From assembly GCF_004010195.1 (NCBI RefSeq), contig NC_057760.1, forward strand, positions 4,190,104 to 4,222,463: a stretch of 32,360 bases of DNA. The letters are read 5' to 3'. The notes under the pieces are model-generated. The model made no database searches and had not been told where the DNA came from. It saw only the letters and a program-made list of their open reading frames with translations. How positions within the stretch are numbered: the first letter of the stretch is position 1; each line of letters begins with the position of its first letter. Of the stretch, positions 24,201 through 32,360 are shown in pieces. Made by a program: the position numbers and the translations under genes. Source of the DNA: Chiloscyllium plagiosum (taxonomy: Eukaryota).

Positions 24201-24801
24201 GGTGGCTCTACCGGCCTCGTGGCTAATGGCAGCCAAGCAGTTCCGGAGGCTGGGGGGAAGCTTCTGGAATGTTTCAGGAGTGCTGGTTATGGAGGTGGGT
24301 ATATAAAAGTTTGTTGTACTTACAGTTTTTCATGTTTGAGATGGTGTGGAAACCCTGTTTGTTGAGAGTATGAATTCTTCTTAGGATATAGTACAGAAGG
24401 GGTCCTGTGCAGTTCTAAGAGTGTGTGGCCCTCAGTTGAGGCATAGCTGACTGGAGAGAGGTTTGGTGGCGGTGCATTGATGCAAGCGTGGAGTGGAGGA
24501 TCCTGTAGGAGAACCGTAGCTGCTGGTTTTGAATTTGTAGTATGTACTGGTTATCCTGTTTGGATCCAAACTGCGCTGTTTTCTGGAATCCATGTGGGAT
24601 TGGTTGGTTGTGCAGGCAGGCAGTGAGGAGCCTGTTTAAGGACATGGTTGAGGAGCTTCAGGGCAGAGAAGATGAGCTGGGGGTTGCAGTGAGAGAGAGA
24701 GAGAGAGAGAGACTCACAGATCCTTGTAGAGAGAGGAGGTGAACTTCTTCAAGGTAGACAACCTGGCAAGAAGATTCACAGTCAGGTTAAAATCAACCAG
24801 G
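21280..24801 (-). mobile_element. Near full-length Penelope-like element (Neptune-like), frameshifted
   Basis: RT motifs TMDMQSFYTSI and KGVAMGTRMGPSYAC; Cys linker CHRRNCKTC; endonuclease start FTCTSTNDIYCI; pLTR with HHR at 21443-21466. Confidence 0.93.
21443..21466 (-). ncRNA. Minimal hammerhead ribozyme core
   Basis: Minus strand CTGATGA-a-GGGC-tttt-GCCC-GAAA. Confidence 0.78.
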
Positions 24802-25715
24802 TGAAAGTGTGGACTGCAGACACTGGAGATCAGAGTCAAGATTAGAGTGGTGCTGAAAAAGCATAGCAGGTCAGGCAACATCCGAGGAGCAGGAAAATTG
24901 ATGTTTCAGGCAAAAGGAATGAGGCAGGGACCCTCCGGGTGGGGGGGAGAGATAAATGGGAGGGTGGTGGGGCTGGGGGGAAGGTAGCTAAGAGTGCAAT
25001 AGGTGGATGGAGGTGGGGATGAAGGTGATAGGTTGGAGAGGACGGTGGAGCAGATAGGTGGGAAGGAAGATTGGCAGGTAGGACAGGTCATGCGGATGGT
25101 GCTGAGCTGGTAGGTTGGAACTGGGGTAAGGTTGGGGGAGGGGAAATGAGGAAACTGGTGAAGTCCACATTGATGCCCTGGGGTTGAAGTGTTGCAAGGC
25201 GGAAGATGAGGTGTTCTTCCTCCAAGTGTCAGGTGATGAGGGAGTGGTGGTGGAGGAGGCCCAAGACCTGCATGTCCTCGGCAGAGTGGGAGGGGGAGTT
25301 AAAATGTTCTGCCACAGGACAGTGGGGTTGTTTGTTGTGAGTGTTATGGAGATGTTCTCTGAAACGCTCTGAGAGAAGGCATTCTTCTCCCTAATGTAAA
25401 GGAGACCGCATCGGGAGCACCAGATACAATAAATGACATTAGTGTATGTGCAGGTGAAACTTTGATGGATGTGGAAGACTGTTTTGTGGCCTTGGGTGGA
25501 GATGAGAGGTGGTGTTGGCGCAGGTTTTGCAATTCCTGCGGTGGCAGGGGAAGGTGCCAGGAGGGGAGGGTTGGTTGTGGAGGGCGTGGACCTGACCAGT
25601 TAGTCACGGAGAGAACGGTCTTTGCAGAAAGTGGAAAGGGGTGGGGAGGGAAATATATCCCTGGTGGTGGGGTCCATTTGGAGGTGGCGGAAATGATGGT
25701 GGATGATGTGGATTA
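24802..25715 (-). mobile_element. Upstream partial tandem copy (endonuclease plus pLTR) of the same Penelope element
   Basis: Direct repeat of ~21280-22250, e.g. TCAAGATTAGAGTGGTGCTG; HHR partly deleted at ~24904-24916. Confidence 0.92.
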
Positions 25716-25717
25716 TG

Positions 25718-26155
25718 CAGCATTTACGAAATGCCATGCAAGAACTGTAAAAAACACTATATCGGACAAACAAGCAGGAAATTTGCCACCAGAATACATG
25801 AGCACCAACTAGTCACCAAAAGACACGACCCATTATCACTAGTTCTCATGCATACAGACAAAGATGGACACCACTTTGACTGGGACAAAACACACATCCA
25901 CGAACAGGCGAAGCAAAGGCACGCACGGGAATTTTTCGAGTTATGGCATTCCAACCAGAACACCATCAATAAACACATCAACTTATATCCCATGTCTTCC
26001 CTTGAAAAAAAGAAATGACATCACCCGCCTTAAGAAACCAAGATCTGTAAATAGAGAGGTGGGACATACCAGCAGCGCTTCACTAGAGACTATCACTGAT
26101 TATGTTATCTAGTCATCATAACAAACCATCTGAAAACAAACCTTCCAGCTCAGAG
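25718..26155 (+). mobile_element. Poseidon-like Penelope GIY-YIG/3' fragment
   Basis: ORF 25731-26018 PCKNCKKHYIGQTSRKFATRIHEH. Confidence 0.9.
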
Positions 26156-26688
26156 AACATTCTTGTGTTAAGGCGTTATGCAAATCCCAGCTATTATCGC
26201 CCGCAGTGAGTGAATGCAATTATCATTCTAAGCTATGGAGGTTCACATTGTTCAGGTTTGATTTCCTCAACGCTCGTCAATGCTGTAATTTTGACTCATG
26301 CTCTGTTTCAATTCTGGACATTAATATTTCTAACGTTATGGTTTTTTTGATCAGAAGTCATTTGTGTTTGACTGAGAGCTGTGCTGCTGCTCTGCTGTTG
26401 GCTCCATTGGTACTCGGTTGGCTAAGTTCATGCCTCACATACTGTGTTGCATACTTGCTCCATGGATGTCCAGCACAGAGATGAGCCATATTTTCAACAT
26501 ATTCTGTGCTGCTGTTTATGTTCCAAATGATCCTGCTGTCAGCAACTTCATCTGGAACTATTAGAAATTTGTATTCTTTTCTCTTTCAGATACTGGTAGC
26601 GATTCCCTGTCAAAACGTCATCATAGTGCTGAAGAAGGCTATCCAGCCCATTATGTCTCTATTGGCTATATACTTGTAAAGTCTACTT

Positions 26689-27329
26689 CTGAGAAGATTT
26701 GCAGGTCTGGATGTAGTTTTGGTCGCTGAGCTGGAAGGTTCATTTTCAGTCGTTTGTCACCATACTAGGGAACATCATCAGTGAGCCTTCGGACGAAGCA
26801 CTGATAGTATGTGTTTAGGTTTCCTTGGGTTGGTCCTGTGATGATGTCATTCCACAATTCTTACAAGAACTGTAACAAACACTATGTTGGACAAACACGC
26901 AGAAAGCTAGCCACCAGGATACATGAACATCAACTAACCACAGCAAGACAAGACCCATTCTCACTAGTATTCTTACATATAGATGAGTAAGGACACCACT
27001 TCGACTGGGACAACACATCCATCCTTGGACAAGCCAAACAGAGACACACATGATGATTCCTAGAAGCATGACATTCCAACCGGAACTCTATCAACAAACA
27101 CATTGACTTGGACCCCATTTACCACTAGCTGAGAAAAAGAACAGGACATGACGTCACCGCAGGGAATGACATCACCACAGGAAATGACATCACCAACCCA
27201 AGGAAAGCTAAACACATGAATAGAAAGCAGGCCATACAACCAGTGTTTCATCCAGAGGATCACTCATGATGTTGGTAACAGAACATCTGAAAACGAATCT
27301 TCTAGCTTAGCGAGCAAACTGACATCCAA
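26689..27329. mobile_element. Poseidon-like Penelope insertion with inverted pLTR (minus 26689-26850, plus 26860-27329)
   Basis: Left part is the reverse complement of the 3' end seen at 27180-27329; TCTACTT flanks both sides (26682, 27330). Confidence 0.82.
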
Positions 27330-27824
27330 TCTACTTTCTTTGCTCCATGCAGTAGCAAGCTCCACTTCCTGACCTCTTTATCTGCAAATAGTTTTCTTGC
27401 GATTGTCTCATTGCTTTTATTAATAATTACTATTCATTGGCAACCCCTACTCCCAACATGTGGATAACAGCTTCTCTACATCTGCCTGGCCCCCAATCCA
27501 CTTGTTAAATTTAAAGTACGCATTCCTTCGCTTCTGGATTTTATCTTTTCTAGAGGAAAGTGCCTCACAGTGACCAGTCATTGTGTAAAAAGTCAGAGCT
27601 TCTCAGTTTTTGGTGTCATCTTTTAAAATCTTCTTTGCAATCCGTGTAATATTCTCATTTCCAATTCGTCAAGCCAGACCTGCATACACATCTCCCAGTA
27701 AGATCTGATGATTCAATGAGAGTGAACAACCTGTTCTGCAGTAACATGTAGGATCCAAATCAGAGACTTCTCTGTTACTTCATTTCCCATACACAGTCAG
27801 CTGTACATTCCGCTATCTGCAGAG

Positions 27825-28232
27825 CTGTTGATAGATTGCTGATGTTAGGTCTGTATTGCTTGGACAAGCGAAAGTTGAGTGGTGGTTTCATGGAGGTGCT
27901 CGAAATCATTAGAGGCCTGGACAATGTAGATAGAGAAGAACAGTTCCATTGATGAAAAGATGGAGAATAAAAGGCCACATACTGAGAGTAATTGTCAAAA
28001 GAAGCAATCGAGACACAAGGAGACATGTTTTATTGCAGAGAGTGTTTAAAATCAGGAATGCTCTGTTGGAGAGGGCAATGGACGTGGTTATATTTGAACA
28101 AGAATGGATTATTTTCTGCAAAAAGAAGAATGTGCAGGATTACTGAGAGTGGCAGGAGATGAATCGCTTATTAGGAGAGTCAACAGAGGAACGAGAAAGT
28201 GAAGGGCCATCTCCTGTGCTGTAACAATCTGT
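27825..28232 (+). mobile_element. Decayed CR1 3' end
   Basis: KGHILRV..RHVLLQRVFKIRNAL peptide; tail GAAGGGCCATCTCCTGTGCTGTAAC. Confidence 0.8.
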
Positions 28233-28764
28233 TTTATATGCCCGACGAAGGGGAGGGATTAGTTTAAGAAGTTAAAGTCAGAACAAGTTATGTTCAGTCT
28301 GCAGTGGGTGGAAGGGGTGGGGGTGAAAAACACGAGTGCAGAACGCATTTCGTTTAGTATGTGACATCAGTCTGTGACTTCAAGACAGCAAAAGTAGATT
28401 TCCTTCATCCTGTAAATTGTACATAGAGCAGCACGGCTGCCACTTTCCTGCGCTTTGGAATTTTGTTTCCAAGAACTGAACTGATAAGTTGCCCTACTCT
28501 ACGGACAAAACGAAGCGCCCCTTGGGAAATGGTACCTGACAAATATACCATGAATGCATGGCTTTCTAGCATCACAAGTGATGCCTGGCAAACAGCGTGC
28601 CTATGACTTTATTGGAATGTTCAGGATGGTTAGGAAACGTAGAGAGGTTGTTTCTCTTTGTGGCAGATTCTGGGACCAGACAGCTGAATCACAGAATAAG
28701 TAGTTGTTCATCAAAAACAAGGAAGAGGAGGATATTTCTCCCTCTCAGAGGCCAGTGAACCTGT

Positions 28765-28990
28765 TTTGGGGGTTCAGTTCACTCACTTGGCTGGCTGAAC
28801 GGTTTGACATGCAGAGGGATGACAACAGCAAGGTGTCAATTCTCTTACTTGCTGAGATTTCCGTAAAGGACTCCAAGTCTCAACTCTTTGCCTTGCCTGA
28901 GGCGTGATGATCATCCGTTTCTACCAGACCAATCATCTCTCTCCAATGTCAGTACAAACCTATGATCCGGCGGGACTATGTAAACGTTAC
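28765..28990 (+). mobile_element. Probable old SINE inserted in a CR1 remnant
   Basis: tRNA-like head remnant; ends GGGACTATG..TTAC; CR1-like sequence on both sides (28620-28760, 29220-29420). Confidence 0.45.
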
Positions 28991-29203
28991 TGAAATAACT
29001 CTAAAGAGGCCAGTAACCTGTCACCAAATTACCGTTTATTTAAACATGTAGAGTCATTGCTGCTGACCCAGTTCCCTCAGAGCCAGCTCTCAGAGTGAAC
29101 AGTTCCTCCTGTTTATATCTGTCAGCCAGGGCTCCATGATTGTCCCAGATTAACAGCCTCATATTCGGAGTTCCAGCTGGCTGGCCTCATTCCAATTACT
29201 ACA
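28991..29203 (-). mobile_element. Short solo LTR
   Basis: TG..CA termini; near 5-bp TSD GTTAC/TTTAC; TTTATT and TTTATAT (poly(A) signal and TATA on minus strand). Confidence 0.6.
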
Positions 29204-29429
29204 TTTACCTTGAGTAATTCTTTGGCATTCCACATCACAGAGGGCTGTTGGAGCTGGTTCATTAAGTACATTCAAGACTGACATGGACAGATTTTTAATC
29301 AGTGAGAACCAAGGAGAAAATGGAGGAAAAGAGACTTGTGGGTTATCAGATCAGTCACAAGTGGTGGATCAGATTCATTTAGCTGACTGGCTGACTTTTT
29401 CTCCTTTGTCCTATGACTTTATCCTTAGC

Positions 29430-31770
29430 AACATTATGGTGAATCTCCTCTGTCCCCATTCCAGTGCACTCAGATCCCTCCAAGACTGTGGTGGCCAGAA
29501 CTGCATACAGTAATCAAGCTGTGGACTGACCACAGATCTGAACAGCTCAAAAAAACCTCCCCATTATTATTAATCAATGCCTCGATTACTCAAGTGGCTT
29601 GCATGCGTTCTTAAATATTTTACTAAACTGTCCTGTCACTTTCAAGGATTTTTCCTTCGATACCTCACACCCTCCACAACATGACCTGTACTTCCATCTA
29701 TCTTTGTGTCATCTTCAAGCTTACCAACAATGGCCTCAGCTCTTTCGTCCAGATCGTTCATGTACAGAGTGAACAGTTGTGATTGCGACACTTACCTCTA
29801 CCTAACTCTGCTCTTGGCTAGTGCCATCCTGAAAAATATCATTTTTTATCCCTCATCGCGGCCTCCTGCAAGTGAGCCAATCCTGCATGCCTGTCATTAT
29901 CTTGTCCCGAAAGCCATGGGCTCATATGTTATTCAGCAGCCTGCTGTGTGGTACCTTATCAAAGGTCTTTCATAAATCCGGAGATCACATGCACTGGCAC
30001 CCCGTTGTCCAACGTGTTTGTTACTGCCTCAACCAATTCTAACAAAATCACTAGGCACGTCATCTGAATGATTAAACCATGCTGACTTCGACCTATTTTC
30101 CATTCACTTCCAAGTACTCCGCAATCTCATCCTTAATAATAACCATTGAACGAGATCAGCCTAAATATTCCATAATTCCTTGTCATCTGTCATTCTCCTG
30201 TCTTAAACAGGGGTGTTACAGGAGCTACTTTTCCTGCCTTCCCTCTCTTTCCTCTTAGAATGTGTTTTATTCCTTGGAATGTATTCCTGCTGTGCCTCCA
30301 GAAACTACAGCCGTTTGAGTTCTGCCGACTTACTTGATCATCTCTCCTTCCACTCCACTCCTCTGTCATGCCACTTTTAGTAGTATCAAAAGTAATATCA
30401 GATCTAATTCCAGCCTCTCATTCTCAAACTGCAGGGCAATATTGATCATATTGCAGCCACTGCCTCCCAAAGCTCCTTCAACTTCAACTCCATAATCACA
30501 TGTGTGTCATTTCACGACACCAAATCCACATTGCCTATTTCCCACTGGGTTCCACCATAAGCTGGTCCCAAATAAAATCTCAAATATATTTCACAAATTT
30601 ATTTCTTGGGATCCATTATGAACCAATTTTCCCAGTCAACCTGCAGATAGAAATTCCCGATGATTATTGTAATCGTGGTTTTCTTGCATGGCTTTTCTAA
30701 TGCGTGATTTATTTCTTGCCTCACATTCTGAATCCACTCGGAGGCCTGCATCCAGTTCCCACAAGGAGTTGTGTTTTCCCCTTTGTGGTTCTTCACATCC
30801 GCCCACACAGATTCTGCACCTTCCAATTAGAAATCACTCCTTGCTATTGTTGTGGAGGAAACACTCAAAATTCTATAAAAAAAAACCCAGGAGACACAGA
30901 AAATCCTTCACGAAATTAAACTTTAATCTTGCAAAATCAATTCATTTAGTGTTACGCTTTACTGATAGATTATCCCTGTCCACTCTGCCTATCTTGGAGA
31001 AAGTGAGGACTGCAGATTCTGGAGAGTCAGAGTGTGGTGGTGGAAAAGCACAGGAGGTCAGGTAGAATACACAGAGCCGCTGAGTCTACATTTCAGATAT
31101 AAGTGCTTCACCTCGATTTTTCCATTCTTTGGATGCTGCTTGACCTCCTGTGTGCTGCCTATGTGCCTGTTCTTTTCATATGTTCTTAGATATTTATTTC
31201 CCAGTCCTGATTCCCTTGCAGCCACGTCTCTGTGATACCCATAACATTCACTTCACACACACAATCTGAACTGCAAGCTCATTTATCTTGTTTCGTATAC
31301 TGTGTGCAGTTAAATGCAGCAGCCTCAGTGCTGCGTTATCTCCCTTCTAATACAGATCTGCTGTGCCTGGCGTTAGGTTATTGACCTGCTTCCTACTCTC
31401 TCTCTTATTAGTTGTTGTGGAAACGTTCGAAACATCTCCTAAACCCTCACCTCTACTAACTATTTTCCACTTTTTCTGATCACACTATTTAACCTTCCTG
31501 CTCGAATCCTGGTCTCAGATCGGTACAGGTGGAGTCCATCCCAATGGTCCATTTCCTTTCTGTCCCAATACCGATGCCAGTGCCCTAGGGAACGGAGCCC
31601 CTCTTTCCTGCATCGCTTCTTTGGTGACATGTTTGCTTCCTAAAATTTGTTCTTTCTGTGCAAACTTACATGTGGCTCAGGAAATTATCCAGAGATTCTA
31701 ACACTTGGGGTTCAACTCTTTAATTTTGTTCCTAATTCTAGATACTCCCTACACACAACCACTTGTTATA
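29430..31770 (-). mobile_element. Heavily decayed CR1 LINE (RT to ORF1 remnants)
   Basis: Peptide AESVWADVKNHKG..IIIGNFYLQVDWEN (30599-30826); ORF1-type sequence at 31500-31740 similar to 14330-14570. Confidence 0.72.
30999..31165. mobile_element. Penelope pLTR fragments in inverted orientation
   Basis: GAAAGTGAGGACTGCAGA terminus; perfect 12-bp inverted repeat 31049-31060 / 31141-31152. Confidence 0.7.
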
Positions 31771-32130
31771 TTGCATGATAAGGCTAGGGAATAGAGGCTA
31801 TCATTTGGTAAATAGAATGACCACAATTACTAATAAAAAGTGAACCTTGATGCCTATAAAATGACTGTATATGTTTGATTGTTGTGTAAAATCCTTTTGA
31901 GCTTATATTAAAGTTTAAATCTGATAGAATATATTGTTTGCTGAGTCTGTACTCATGCAAAATGGGTCCTGTAGAAAAGCTGAATAAAAATTGTCTGAAT
32001 GTAGCATTGTCCGTGACAGGAATCGAGGGGATTGAATAATTGAAATTTCCTGTAACACGGAGCTCAGGACACAATCCAAATTATGGAATGGTGAAACAGG
32101 TGTGAAAGGCTGTATGGCCTCGTGATAGAC

Positions 32131-32360
32131 TTGAAAATGTGTTGCTGGAAAAGCGCAGCAGGTCAGGCAGCATCCAAGGAGCAGGAGAATCGACGCTTCG
32201 GGCATGAGCCTTTCTTCAGGAATGAGGAAAGTGTGTCCAGCAGGCTAAGATAAAAGGTAGGGAGGAAGGACTGGGGGGAGGGGCGTTGGAAATGCGATAG
32301 GTGGAAGGAGGTTTAGATGAGGGTAATTGGCGGGAGTGGGGGTGGGGGCGGAGAGGTCTG
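32131..32360 (-). mobile_element. Penelope-like element 3' end, running off the window, with HHR-like core at 32195-32219
   Basis: Reverse complement of the 13605-13697 sequence; minus CTGAAGA-aaggc-tcat-gccc-GAAGC. Confidence 0.85.

Noticed and set aside
24670..24725. Intron in the Penelope 5' region (minus GTGAGT..(TC)n..CAG)
   Set aside because: Too short; better explained as microsatellite expansion inside the ORF
27540..27580. TCTAGAGGAAAGTG as the SRGKC motif of GPCR exon 2
   Set aside because: Flanking translation is not TM-like and the context looks like decayed CR1

Overview
Vertebrate genomic DNA, probably from a cartilaginous fish (shark-type CR1/HER1 LINE tails, a tRNA-derived SINE head and abundant Penelope-like elements; the taxon is inferred from the repeat families). 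Most of the window is a nested pile of decayed retroelements. These include Penelope-like elements of two types (Poseidon-like and Neptune-like, several with minimal hammerhead-ribozyme cores), several CR1 LINEs, a Rex1/Babar 3' end, two LTR-like segments, and one young 5'-truncated Tx1/L1 insertion with a perfect 14-bp TSD and a 220-N assembly gap inside. The only plausible host-gene piece is a first coding exon (8087-8267, + strand) of a GPR139-like class A GPCR; I could not find its second exon in the window. The least explained structure is a set of old, heavily diverged ~42-bp-period tandem arrays (~130-728, ~5930-6763, ~10390-11110). Their unit resembles the CR1 3' tail, two of them are collinear paralogues, they keep 42-bp phase despite strong divergence, and they flank the GPCR exon. 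Most ORFs in the supplied track are TE fragments or antisense shadows. All coordinates were read by eye, and decayed-TE boundaries are approximate.
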